Positions 23,508-36,580 of a DNA stretch of 64,000 nucleotides are shown in pieces. A model generated the notes under the pieces. The model had not been told where the DNA came from and did no database searches. It was given only the letters and a program-made list of their open reading frames with translations. Within the stretch, counting starts at the first letter, position 1; each line of letters opens with the position of its first letter. This stretch comes from Geosiphon pyriformis uo1 (Eukaryota; Fungi; Glomeromycota). A program made the translations under genes and the position numbers. The stretch is from positions 310,001 through 374,000 of the forward strand of contig JAAOMT010000445.1 in the NCBI GenBank assembly GCA_016748015.1, in the 5' to 3' direction.

Positions 23508-26500
23508 CTATCCCATCACCATCTCATCAATACTACGTGTCGATGGAATAGTTTCAACTTCTTCCAAAAATTCCTGAAGCAGCTCGCGCAAATCTATTAT
23601 CTTTCGATGCATTTCGGTCGTGTCGCGAAGTACGTTGGTGTATGGTGATTTGTCTATATTCCGGGAAAAGATTTTCTGTGAATCTAATTATAATTTTGCA
23701 ATACATCAAGATTAAATTGTGTTCTGGAAAAATACTGATAAAATATTTGCGATAGGACCGTCCAACCTTTCAAAATATTTATAACCTCTTTCTTCAAAAC
23801 CGGAAATACTTTAGCAATTCGAACGGCAGCACGATATATCTCGTGTAATGTTTCGTTTATTTCTACTGGTTGAATATGTGTAATGAGGTCTTGCATTATT
23901 GGCATCATTACATCTTTGGCAATTGCAAAACTAGTAAGGAAATTATATGGAATCTTTAGCATCACATTTCGAGAAAACAATATCCCTTTGGAATTTATAC
24001 CTACGTTACTCGTAAAGGCCACTTTTGGCAAATGTATGAACCTATAAGTATCCCAAAATTTCGCGTTTCTGGATCTTGATGGCGTACAAGTTCTGGGACA
24101 TAATCCATGCAAACATCTGCGTATTGAGAAGTATATGTTATAAATATGATCAAGCAAAATATTACCATAACAGGGCACTTTGTATTGAAAGGAATTGACT
24201 GAATTACGCATTGATTCAACACGTTCTACAACAATCGGCAACAATTTATGATCAAAGCCCTGGTAAATAACCAGCTTGTGCAATCGAGAATTCTCAATAA
24301 ATACTTGATGAAGATAATTGCAAGTTAATGTGCGAATCTCATCCAATACTAAGACCATAAAATACATAATTAGCATTCATTTAAATTATTTGACATTATT
24401 AAATTAATCCAATATTATTTACCAAAGCTCTGAGAATCCTCCCAATTCGTAGATTCGCATCCACGCAGCAGCATAAGAAGCATCGTACAATCTTGTAGAT
24501 CAAGAAAAGTCCGTAAATGCTTTTCTGAGAATTCTTTCTGTTATCAAATTTCAGTTTTGAATTTTTAGATCGAGTTTAACATTATAAAGGAATTGTAAAC
24601 AGTTAATAAGGACAGCATTTACTTTTAAATGAGGGCTCCCAAAATGATAATCTTTTTGAAAGCGATGACGAGATCCGATCAAATAAAAATTGAGGATCTA
24701 ATTGGTAAAAATTTCCATTTAGTTTCCTATAAACGACTAAAATTGGAAACAAGAACTCTTCTTTAAAATACCTGTATTACGATTCGATAAATAGGGGGAC
24801 ACCTGAATATGTGAGGCTCGATATTTAGAAAAGCGACTGGATTCAATAAAAACAGCGGCTGTGGATATTCTTCTATTTCTCTAGGTTTTGAAGCGAGAGG
24901 GATAGATGGATTAAAAGTCATTAAAACAGATGAAAGGGGGTAAGGGTATACAAACCCTTCTTCAGCTCGAATTCGAAGTGCATCAAGAGTCATTGCCGCC
25001 AGTTCATGTGGATTCACATGGTTAAGCTTTTCCCAGATTACTACGAACGAGTCCAGAATTCGTTTATCTGACCTATTTTTGATTAGCAATTCGAACCATT
25101 TCAACTATTAAATTATGAAGTATGAACATGCTTAGCAAATTACCGTAAATCTAGTAGCCTCGGTAGAGAAGAAGATATTATGGTACGCGAACTCAAATAT
25201 AGATCGGATGGAGGTATTGTTTCGAGTTTTATTAAGACTTGATGAGACAAAGAATATTAAATAAGTTTAATTGTAGTCTTCTTTATTGTGAATATTAGAA
25301 TACCTGCTAGAGCCTCCTCCGGCTTATCTAACCAATGAGGCATAACTGCCTTCACATTTTGTTCAATCACCTGCTTAAAAAGCAATTTTTCAGCTTTGGA
25401 ATGTTTCCAAATTTTGGTTTTCCACCTAATAAAAATTTGATTCATTCCGAAAAAAAAATGGGATCAAAGAATATTCTTATAGAAAGTACTACTTCAAGTA
25501 TCTTTAATAATATTACCTGTCTTCATCTTCTAGAAAGCTTGCAATATCGAATACTTCAGGGTAATTGGTAGCTACGAGAATCAAAAGTTCAGGATATATT
25601 TCACGATAGGCTTTACCCTCCCCACACATCTCGGCAAAACTTAGAATTCTACGTATAGCAATGTTTTCCATAAGCTCAGCAGAATAAGCTAGTTATTGAG
25701 AGAATCAACATATTATCAATGAGCAACAAAGCAAAATAGAAACAAGTTTTATGAAATTTCGATGTACCTTGGCGGTCTGTTGATATTTCAAACCCAGTGG
25801 CAGCAAGTTGTTCCACCCGATTATTATAGTATAACACGTACATTAGCATGAGGACATGAGCAGGAGTGACTTCTAGCATTTCTTCTTGGAAAAGCCTGAT
25901 AAGCTCCTTTTCTGGAATTTTAGTGATTGGACTGAATTGCCGAGGATTTTTTTCATCTCTGTCTAGAATACTGATTCGAATCAATAAAGAGGAAATAATA
26001 AAATGAGGATAGCCAAAGAGTTATTTTGAAAAGTATAATTATGCTAAAATGAACAAACCTCTCAGCATATCGTTGTAAAAGCGGCCCCATCCTTTCATGA
26101 ACTGGAATAGTAGCGCCGCAAATTTGCCTAGTCATCCAATCTCGAATATCCATGTTACTATTATGAAAAACCTTTGCTTTAAGCAAATGATAAAAACATT
26201 TCAATGACAAATGTTCAGGATCCGAGGAAACCTTAAAAAAAGTATTTGTCACTCAAAGATAAAAAAGATGTGATGAAAAAAAAAGAAATGCAAATGCTTC
26301 TTCACGATGCTCACACCAAGATTTGAAAAAGTAGATGGTTCCAAAGATAAGGCCCTCTGAGCTAAAAATTCGTTTGAAAACAAATTTCGGGTAAAAATCT
26401 TTCGTAATTCCTCCAGCCCATCATTTGCTATAAAAATGTCGCAAGAAATTTATAAATTCCATTTTTATTAATAAGATGTGTAATTCAAAGGATACGAATT

Positions 26501-28893
26501 TTAATTTCCATTCCAACTGTAGCCTGACAGATATCACGTATTTCATTCATCTGGCCGGTGTTAAAATAAACTGCAAATAACAGAAACAAGTGAGAATGTT
26601 CAGATCTTATGAGTTGCCGGAGTGCTTGTTCAACGATTTGTTTCTTGGATTATTTTAATCGATAGTAATAAGAAAAATTAATATTGAATTTTTTTAACTG
26701 ACTCAAACATTAAATCACCAAGGCATCCAATGTAATTGATGGCATCCTTACCTGGGAATAGCAGAAAAGCATTTCAGAACAAACTAAAAGAAAACATAAG
26801 CAAAGCTTGACCAATCTGGGTAAATCAAAAAATTCATCAGTGATTATTAGTGAACTCTCAAGCTTCTGGTTTTTAAGAGAAAAAATTAAAATCTATACAA
26901 CCTCTCGGATTTTGCATATGCAATAATACTCAAACACATCTGTAATTCTGTCAATTTATATTGAACATTCAATACTCCAGCAAATCCACAAATGATTCGT
27001 AACAGAATAGAGAGATCAATTTGATTTGGGTGAGGATATTCCCCCTGTCATACGAACACGTCATAATAAAGTTAAAAAAATTGATGTATTCATTTTAAAA
27101 CGAACAAAGTTATATGCAAAATTAGGCTTGATACCAGTTTCTTTTCCAAAATTTCAAAAAGGCGCGATTGCAGCATTCCAACCACTTGAGGTTGTGAAAG
27201 TAATTGTGTATTCAGCCAGTTAGGTTTGGTTGTCAAGGCACCATCAATAAAAGTGACCTAAGAGGTTAAATACCCAAGCCTGTCAGATTCAACATTTAAT
27301 TTTCTTACTTTTGGATCTTTATCTTGTTGAACTTACCAAGTCTCCACAAAATTTTAATGCTATTTTCACAGCTAATCCTGCCAGTATATTATGCTTGGTA
27401 ATAATGCTACGTACAGTGGGTGCATGGCGCGGCCCCAGTTCACATAAAGTATATAACATTTCTCTAAGAATTCCAAAGATAATGATTCATTTTTTATTAT
27501 TCAGAAATACTTGGCAGTGAGGAACAAGCAAAATATAATCATACTGGATGCGTATTTTTACTTCAAGCGGAATGCGACGCGCATATGCATCAACCAACAG
27601 ATTCACGACCTTAAATATCAAAAAGTAAGGTCTCCATATTTTATAAAGAGGAAATGTGAATCGATTCCATATGTGACCAAAATATAGGGAGATACCTCAA
27701 TAAATATAGAGGGATTATTTGCCACAAGACTCCTTATCAGGTTATCAGCTGTCATTAGGAAGGGAACAGCGCGTACGATGTCCTGTAAAAAATTCATATC
27801 TTAATACAGTTGGTCATTACTTTAGCTTATGATGGCTAGTTTCTCTAACCTTCAACTCAATCTCGCCACCACCGATATCACCCAAATGGCCAAATAAGTC
27901 TAATTCGAACACAGCTATTGGAAAAATGTGCTCTAATTCACGCAAGTGTATGGTTTGATATAATCTTGGGAACTGACTGGCTAAGGCCGCCATAGTTTGG
28001 GTCGCTTTTATGCCAGAATTTGGCTCATAAAATCGACGCGTGAAGAAGACAAATTCCACCAGATCGAAGTATATGAAAGCTCTGTTCGTTATCCAGAAAC
28101 GAGATTAAATAATAATAAAATGAACAAAGTTCACAATAACTTATTTCATAGTAAAAAACTGATAGCGGTAAATCATTACGAAATCTCTTTATAAACGCAA
28201 TAGAATTCATTGGTATATTGGAGTCTGATAATTGAAGGTTGATATTTTCTATTTTGTTAACATAAACTAACCTTGAACGCATCTCCTCATCAATTGATTG
28301 CTCAACTTTCATATATGGAGAACCCTGAATGGAACGGAGCCGATCGAAGGAGAGGGCGAAAGAATAATAAAATCGAGTTGGCTAAATTTCTAGCTTTTGA
28401 TCTTTTAAGCCAAAATTAATGAGATATAAACACAGACAACATCCAGCAGGGTTTGGCCTGATTCTTTTGAAAGATCTTCATCAAATGAGAATGCTTTTTT
28501 TTTCTTTAATTCTTTTTTGATTTCATTTATTAATTTTGATACGTCAATCGCTCGATATTGTGAGGGGCTATAAAACTTCAAATTTCAAATGCCTTAGATG
28601 CCGATTAAAGTGTTATCAAACAGGTAAGAGCAAAGATGAGTATACCGCCAGTATGTGAGACAGAAAGGAGAGCTCTGCCAAATCATATGTTCTCCATAAG
28701 TATGGGAGAAATAATGAATAATCCTCCAATTTGAAATTTTGGGTAACAGTTAGGTATGAGTTTTGGAGAAGAGAAGGCATAAGTTAAAACTCACGAGATC
28801 AGGCCTTTGTGATGGGTTTCCACCACATTCTATATAATGAAAGGTGTTTAGGGGCAAACCAGTTATCGCTTTCGGTTGACCGTAGAATGACAT
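23508..28893 (-). CDS. INTS2: Integrator complex subunit 2 orthologue, many exons
   Basis: Spliced segments match metazoan INTS2 as recalled: LFLPYLWR, CFYHLLKAKVF...IRDWMTRQICGATIPVH, CNYLHQVFIENSRLHKLVIYQGFDHKLLPIVV..VESMHVCMDYVPEL. ATG 28893, TAG 23508; internal exon boundaries not all resolved. Confidence 0.82.
26428..26495 (-). other. Candidate U12-type GT-AG intron in INTS2
   Basis: 5'ss GTATCCTTT (exact U12 consensus); splicing gives MEIKIP-NDGLEELRKIFT in frame; branch site weak (TTTCTTGCG). Confidence 0.65.
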
Positions 28894-29058
28894 TATATCT
28901 GAATTTAATTGTTTTAAGTTTGAAATAAAATACTCATTTTATCTGCTCATGTGACGTATACCATTAGATTATCAGGCATTTGTCATTTTTGAAAGTTGGA
29001 TGTTGACTTGAAGTAGAGACAACTTTTTTTAACGTCGATAACAAAAGAATATACCAAC
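28894..29058. promoter_or_regulatory. Putative bidirectional promoter INTS2/SmE (165 bp)
   Basis: Divergent ATGs; E-box/M-box-like TCATGTGAC at 28947-28955. Confidence 0.55.
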
Positions 29059-29716
29059 ATGGCCACAAAAGTGCAGAAAATTATGGTGCAGCCAATTGTA
29101 AGCAGTGGATGAATCTTAAAGGTCCCTTCTCCTCTTGAAGTTCAAGAGAAATGGTCTGGAATCGATTACTTATGAATCATTTGTTTATTTCATAACCGCT
29201 TTATGCCGTAGAACTTGATCTTCAAGTACCTTCAGAACGTAAGCTTTTCAACTTTCGTGTCGATCGCGAAGTCGCTTCACTGATATTTTATAACATCCGC
29301 ACCCTAACTTGCATTATCTCGATTGGGTCTTTGACCTCCTCACACAGAAAACACGTGTACAGATTTGGTTGTATGAGCAAGTAGATTTGAGAATTGAGGG
29401 GCAAATTATTGTACATAATTCAATTGAGATTTTATTTTCTATGGTCAATATTGCTGAATTATTTGACTCCTAGGGATTTGATGAGTTCATGAACCTGGTG
29501 CTTGAAAACGCTGAGGAAGTGAACGCAAAAAAGAAAACGCGAAAAGGATTAGGTTTTTATTTATACATTGAAATTCACGTAGAAAAAATATACTGAGTGG
29601 ATCTTTCTAAATGAGTTCACTCTTCTCACGGGTTTGATACATTTATTTTTATCTTCAACTTTACAGGACGGATTTTGCTTAAAGGTGATAATATTACTCT
29701 AATTCAGGCTGTCTGA
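29059..29716 (+). CDS. SME1: Small nuclear ribonucleoprotein SmE, 5 exons (not in the ORF track)
   Basis: [59 protein letters not shown]...[16 protein letters not shown]; GT-AG introns. Confidence 0.96.
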
Positions 29717-30272
29717 TGAAGAAATAAACATACGACGGGCTGTTGTGAGAAGTTATACTTGTTTTTTAAGATGACGGAATTAATCCATTAATAACGAATA
29801 ATCGAAAATGGACAGAATTTCTGGAATGTGGGTCATTCACTTGCTTCTTTTTTGTTTTTTGATTTTGTCCTGAGATCTTGAAGATGGACTTTTGTAAAAA
29901 TGTCAGGGCAAAATCAATTTCACTTGACGGCGAGGAATAAGTGGCAGGTTGTGAACCCATTTTGAAGTAGGGAGGAAAGTAATGGGAGGTTTGTATGTAT
30001 GTAATCTATGTTTCGGAGGAGGCGTCGTGGATCTTCGATTAGGACGCGTCCGGTTTTTCAGTGCATAGGTTCTTTGTTTGAAAACTGCTTCCTTTTCCAT
30101 TCATTCTTAATTAAAGAGATGGCCATGACCAGTGTGTTCCAATAGATTTTTCAATCGTTCGAGATTGTTAAGAATTCTCACCATCTAAGATACATTGACT
30201 CAGTTTAAAATGTCTGCGATTTTTGCTAAAGTGTTTCTAAGTCGATGAAACAGAGGGGTGAAAACAGGGATA

Positions 30273-31907
30273 TCAATCGATATCCCATTTATCACCAGTA
30301 TTCAACAACTTGGCCTGTTCATTGCCCATCATAATTCGGTCATGGGTTGAAGAAAATTTCGATTCTAAATCTTCCTCTTCTTTAAACTCGGTGAATATTT
30401 CTCTAAATGTTTCTGGGTCCTCCTCCTGAAGCTCAATTGGATCCTCTTTAGCTTCTACCTTCTCCGTCATCTGTTGTAATTTCTCTTCATCTTCTTGCTG
30501 ATTCATTATTCGGAACCGTAAGTCAACGATTTGATTGGTGTAAGAACTGGAACCTTTACAACACCCACTTGGCCCACTTACAAACCAATCAGCATGCATC
30601 AACACCAATTTATCAAGAATTCCCAAAATGCTTGCACCAGTTTCGTGCTCTTTGGAGAATATATTACTGGAATTTTTTGACTCAGAGTGTGGGTATTGAA
30701 CGGGTGATTCTGGTGATGGTAATTTTGACCAAGTATAGAAGTTTAATTCCTTTCGAAGAATATTGATCGCCTCTTCGTGTTGATTTGTGAGAAGACGAAA
30801 AGTCCCAGAATTACTTGGCCCACCTTCAATATTATAATCAGTAGCCAAATAAACGTTTTCTATCTTATGCTTTTGCCTCAACTTCTGAATATATAGGACC
30901 AATTTTTGTGCACAATTAGGCATATTTTCAGGATTAGCATTTTCCATTCGCCAATGAACTGCAACATATGGATGAATAAATTTAGTGGCCGCATGAGCAC
31001 GATCAATAATATGTTTGGCATAGACTAACGGTGGAGGGAGTTCTTCGACGAAAGAAAAGCGAAGGTTATAGTGTAGAATTAAGACTTCAGACTCCAATTC
31101 CTTAAAATTCCTAACAAGAAAATTTCCAACTTGAGTGCGTTCTGCTCGAGTTTTCCAATAGATTCTTTTAGTTTGTAAAGTTATTTCTGGTATTTTCGGT
31201 AATTCATCCGGTTTGTAAAAGGGATCGATACATAAGTGGCGGTGATTCTTGGAGTTTGTGAGATCGAAGATTCCGGTTGTTATAAAGTTTGATTTTGAAT
31301 CTTGACCAGCATCGATAAAAATGAGATGGGAAGATGGATTTCCATGTTCAAGATAAGCTTTTTTTCTCTCTTCCAACCAGTTTAAGAGGTCCGATTGCAA
31401 AATGAATTTCAAGCCGGGTGCACTTTCACGTATTGATTCCAACGAGAAATAATAATCGAATGGGAATGATTTACATGAACCTATTCGGGAATTTCCTACA
31501 TTTGGGAGAACTAAAATACGATTGGTTTTTTCAGCTAGTCGCATTATATTCCCAATGTGTAGTTGTGCTTTTGATTCTTGTTCCCCGACGTAACCAGGAA
31601 ATAAAAATTTACAAACTGGAGAACCACAATATTTTATGTTTATTTCTTGCTCTTTTGTAATATTACGTTGGAGAGGGGACTAGGAGTAGAAAATAGAGTG
31701 AGCAAAAATGAAGTTGATGATTTTGTGTAGATTGAAATACGAAGGGAAGCTTTAAAGTAAATTCTACGAGCCAAATAAAAAAATACCATTTACCTGGGAA
31801 TACTCGACTGGGTTATCTTGGCGTAAAAGGTAAAGGTTTAAAAACAAGGCTAAAAGGAATAAAATGAAAACTCGAACACGCCATTTCCTACAAGTTAGAT
31901 CAACCAT
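30273..31907 (-). CDS. GDP-fucose protein O-fucosyltransferase-like type II membrane glycosyltransferase
   Basis: N-terminal TM (VFILFLLALFLNLYLL), intron 31680-31793, GEQESKA, LVLP, YVAVHWRME, VYLATDY, LGILDK, SSSY. Confidence 0.78.
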
Positions 31908-32451
31908 TTTTATCTGAGGTCGATAAAATCTAAGATGATTGTTGTGTCGCCGAGATAGTTTTAACAAAAAGTGCCAGCACTTCTTGTAGTTGTAGTTGAA
32001 AATGAGAGAGTATTGGTCAGGACTATAGGGACATATTCATGCTGTTGCATTTATTTATTGTTATTGCATTGTAGCACAAATTGTTCGATAATCTCGGGCA
32101 TATCATCGGCCGATCGTAAAGACAACTTTTTATTCTTTAAAAGCATTTGCGATAACCCTTTTATTCTTTTTACAGCCATGTTATTCTTGGTTGGTTTCTA
32201 ATTTTGAATGTCTACAATAAACAATAAACAAATAAAACCACGTATTTTTAAATTGAATTTGAATCTAAAAAAAATAATACTATTTATAATTTGCAAATAA
32301 AATTTTTTTGGTCAAATTAAGTTTAAATGGGGTTGAGTGAAGAAACTAAATATAAAGTAATATGCATTCTATAGGATTTGAAAACCAATTTCTTCTTCGA
32401 CATTCTAACACAATAAACATAAAAACACTATTAGAAGCAACAAGGTAATCT

Positions 32452-33110
32452 TACCAATCAAATTAAAATATCTACAAGTCTTATTCGTTTGCTTGGGTCC
32501 TGATCTTCTTCACTTTGTTTCCATCTCATTTTCAGTCATCTCATCCTCAGATTCATTCTTATCTAATGTAATATTTCCTTTTTGCTTGCTTGGTTCGTTT
32601 TCTGCCAATACACTCTATATTATACAAAATTTAATATATAATATCAAAAATCAATAATATGCTATTTTCGTACTCTTGTCAGTCTTGTATCTGGAGCAAT
32701 AATGAATTTGTCAATCATTATTTCTGTCCTTAGTTTTTCGTAATAGAGCTGCATTTCCGACACAAATTCTTGCTATAAAATTCAAAATTTTTTGCATTTA
32801 ACAAAAATAAATTATAATTTATGTAAACTTCAAAACTTACCTTAGCATGCAGTGTTTTTACCCAATTTTGAATTTCCGGTCTTGTTAGTGACTTGTCAAA
32901 ATTGACAAGTAAAGTGGTAGCTTTGTTTTTAGCACGAGGCAACATGTTAGGACTCTCAACAAATGACCGTAGGTCAGATTTAATAAACTTAAATATCTCT
33001 TCTATGTTTTCTGGATGTATTTCAACATGTTCATAAACATATTTGAGTACATCCAAAATTCTCCAATTTTGGGACAGTGTTTCTGCAAAATAATGGTGGA
33101 TAGCCTCCAA
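32452..33110 (-). pseudogene. Truncated N-terminal fragment of an expanded fungal hypothetical-protein family, same general style as 5036-8227
   Basis: (TTG)EAIHHYFAETLSQNWRILDVL..., GTAAGT introns, in-frame TGA at 32510-32512, no C-terminal exons seen before the next gene. Confidence 0.5.
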
Positions 33111-33218
33111 GAACAATAAAAAAGAATGATTAATATTGAACCATATAGACTTTAAGAATAAAAAAATTGTTCTAAGCATGAAGGGGAGCACTACCAACAA
33201 TAATATTCTGGCCAAGGA

Positions 33219-33498
33219 TCTTCAATTATGTACACACAAGAGGAATCAGCAAAAACTGACGCGTCTAGGCAAGATGATTGAAAATTTCCAACCAAGCATC
33301 GGTCTATATGCAATCCATAAAATTATGGAGCTCATATAGGCGTAGGATATTATTGCCTCTAGCAGTGGTCAGGGGTCTTCAATCACGTACACACAAGAGG
33401 AATCAGCAAAAACTGACGCGTCTAGGCAAGATGATTGAAAATTTCCAAGCATCGGCTATATGCAATCCATAAAATTATGGAGCTCATAAAGGCGTAGG
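33219..33498. repeat. Two-copy direct repeat (~125 bp core, 157 bp period)
   Basis: TCTTCAAT...GTACACACAAGAGGAATCAGCAAAAACTGACGCGTCTAGGCAAGATG...GGCGTAGG at 33219 and 33376. Confidence 0.95.
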
Positions 33499-33993
33499 GG
33501 CCCTTATAATTATAAAACCTGTTATTGTATAGAAACCTTTGAAATTGGAATTAAATTCAAATAACATTTTGAAACTATGAAAGAATCTCCCAAAACGTGA
33601 AAATATCCAAATTAATCATTATTCACACTATTGGTAAAGAGAAAAATTGTAATTAAAATAGTTTCTTGAGCCGAAAAATGTTAAAACATGGGTTGATAAT
33701 AAATTATAAATAAAAAAATTTGAAAAAATCTAAATCATGTGTATTACATCAAAAAAAAATTCACCAAGTCATGATACCAAAAATAAAAATTTGAACATCT
33801 CGGGTCTAGAATATGATATCAGTTGAGGAAAAGAATTATTAGATAATATCAAAGACCTCGATCCATTCACTTTGTGGATCTCAAGATACGTGTATGCTAT
33901 CACTATTTTTCGATCTATCCGTTTTCAAATTGGAATCAAATTTGGAGGAATTTTTGATACTGAAAATATTTTGTAATCCAAATTTGAACTTAA

Positions 33994-34818
33994 TTATACT
34001 TTACGCTTGAACATTAGAAACTCGAATTCGGTTTCATTCTCAACTTGTCTACCCTTTGGGACATCCATTTTTATAAAATTTAATAACTCTTCATGGGTCG
34101 ACTTTTCATAGACATTTTCATCAATCTCTGGAAAGAAGGTATCAATTTCAAAATCCTTGTATATACGTGTGAGTAATATATGGGTGCAAAGAGGTGATTT
34201 AATTGCTTCAGCGTAAATATATGAACCACCAATTATGTAAATACGTGAAACTTTTGGATTAGCGGTGAGGGACTCAACCGCAGTTGAAAATGAGTTAAAT
34301 AGGAGGTAAGAGGTTCTTGGGCTAATTTAAAAATTAAAATAAAAGATAAGAAGTAATTAGAAAAAATTTATCAAATTTTGTTTGATGATACAAATCTCAG
34401 GTTCTCTAATGATTCTAAATTACCTATTATCGGGACCTTCATCTCCCTTCCAACTTCTTGATAACACAACATTAAGGCGATTTTTTAAAGGTTGATATTT
34501 CTTCGGTATAGATTCCCAAGTACGACGTCCCATAATCACTGCATTTATTTTTTCAATCTTATTTTCACCCACATTTTCTTTTGAAAATTCTTTCTCATCG
34601 GTGATCACATTTTGGGTTACATTTTCAAAATAACGCATATCTCGTTTGATTTTCCATGGAAGATCACCCTTTAACCCAATACCCCATTTTTCGGTGGTGG
34701 CTGAGAAAAATGATTACGAATATTTAGTCTATCGGAGGCTTAAATAACCAAATCTAAATATCGGATACCCAATTTTACCTGCAATTAAAGCAAATTTTGG
34801 CGGCTTAAGTTGAGCCAT
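33994..34818 (-). CDS. DFR1: Dihydrofolate reductase, 3 exons
   Basis: ALIAA, GIGLKGDLPWKIKRDMRYF, NAVIMGRRTWESIP, PLKNRLNVVLSR, IIGGSYIY, DTFFP; TAA 33994-33996. Confidence 0.95.
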
Positions 34819-35746
34819 ATTGGAAGAAAAAGATTATACAATTTGAAATTGCTCTTATAATAAATCTAAAATTTAAAGATGAAAAATTTTACTTAACAGA
34901 TACAGATCTGATCATGTAGTAGTGTAACATGAAGAGCAATTTCTTATCAATAGACAGTTAAATATTTTGAAACTCACCAAGTTTAAAATAAATCCTTTAA
35001 TGATGCAATTTACAATTAATATAAAATAGGATAATATGAAAAAAAATATAGCTATAAAAATAAATCTGCAATAACACAATTCAATTATATAATATATTAT
35101 TTATAATTCAAATGACAATCGCAATTTTTATGCATAGACATTCATTTTTTCGCAAAATTTTAAATCCGTTCCCCTTCTTATAAATATGTATTTCCTGCCA
35201 GAGATGGACTCAGTTGTAGCATAAAGGAATAACCAAATCTTATTAATGTAATGGGTATAGACTTAGTCTATCTTAAAAAATCGTCCACTTTATATTTTAA
35301 TTGGTACACCAAATCGAATTTAATACTTGAATTTTTATCGTAATAACTTAATTTTTATTCAAATGAAAAAGATGGATAACACATTTATTGGAGTCTATCT
35401 GTTTGAATAAATACTGCGAAATGAGTTGCTCTGAATCATTATTATCTATCAGGAAAGTGAAAGGAATAAATGTAAATCGGGCAAGAGACACCATTATCCC
35501 TATAGCTCTATAAATAAGTTAAGATAGGCTGCGGAAAGCCGAATATTGATGTTTCTTTTCCACTTACCCAATATTGTCAGAAATATTACAGAATCTTCCA
35601 AAATCAACAAATAAATAAAATCATGCTTAACCAAATCTTTGAAATCATTACAATGTAATAAGTAAGTTAGCAAGAATTTAAAAGAAGAGAAAAGAATATT
35701 GTGAAAAAATGAATTGTATACTTGAAAAATTTCCAAAAGCAATTTT

Positions 35747-36414
35747 TTACTTTTGCACTTGTTCATCAACCCTCACATTAGGATGAACCTTTGGGTTCAC
35801 AGTGGTGATAGCCTCAAACAATCGCTCCGTGACTAAATGTTTGTGCCTCTGTACAGCCTCCTGAATTTCTGTTAATCTAACTTCTGTCTCAGCTGCCACT
35901 CTGGCAAATGATTGATCAGAGTTCCCAGTATGCTGCATTTAAGAATGAAATAACGGTGTATAGATTAAGAAATCGGACGAATCGGGGCAAGAAATATGAT
36001 GGATCAAATTATTTTCTAAATTCCCAAAGAAAGAATGAAAAACAGTACCTCAGCTTCAAAGGCTTGCAACTCAGCATTCTTCCGAGCTTTCAACTCTTCA
36101 ATTTCTTTGGCGGCCTCTGTGCGGGCGTCCTTGAGCTTCTGAATACGGTCTGACCCATATATGCGCGACATTGAACAAAGTAAAAATTGAAACTAGAATA
36201 CTTGGCATAACCACAAGATCTTAAATTTCAAGCGATGACTTACATTGTCTCGCCCGTTGAACAGTTTTTGCGGCATCCTTCTCCGCCTCAAGCAAAGTTT
36301 GAATTCCTTGTGAGTTTTGAGCAGCCTAATCAAAAAATTATGTTTTTCGAGAGTAAATGAGAGTGGTTATAAAAGATATTTTTGAATAACTCAAAGTTAA
36401 GGAGGACTCGCCAT
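35747..36414 (-). CDS. VMA10: V-ATPase subunit G; ATG-only first exon followed by a GC-AG intron
   Basis: M/AAQNSQGIQTLLEAEKDAAKTVQRARQ/YRIQKLKDARTEAAKEIE.../HTG...; ATG|GCGAGT...TTAG|GCT intron 36326-36411. Confidence 0.92.
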
Positions 36415-36554
36415 TAGAAATTAGATGAAAAGAAAAGATTAAAGATCTTCCGAAGATAATAGACAATTTTTATAGGCTACCCATTTAGCTGATGATTGGG
36501 CAAAAGTCCCTACATAATCACAAATTTAATACCCAATGGAAATCAAGGAAGATT

Positions 36555-36580
36555 ATCGCGTCCTTTTATTGACGCGGTTT
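36555..36580. promoter_or_regulatory. Two MCB-like ACGCG cores upstream of thymidylate synthase
   Basis: CGCGT at 36557-36561 and ACGCG at 36572-36576 in the ~200 bp VMA10/TS divergent spacer. Confidence 0.4.

Noticed and set aside
29766-30100. Two short minus-strand ORFs between SmE and the O-FucT-like gene
   Set aside because: No recognisable motifs; probably 3'UTR sequence, though expression cannot be excluded.
34880-34890. RRPE-like TGAAAAATTTT upstream of DHFR
   Set aside because: Expected by chance at this AT content.
36395-36403. TCCTTAAC U12 branch-like motif in VMA10 intron 1
   Set aside because: It is next to the donor rather than the acceptor, and the donor is not U12-like.
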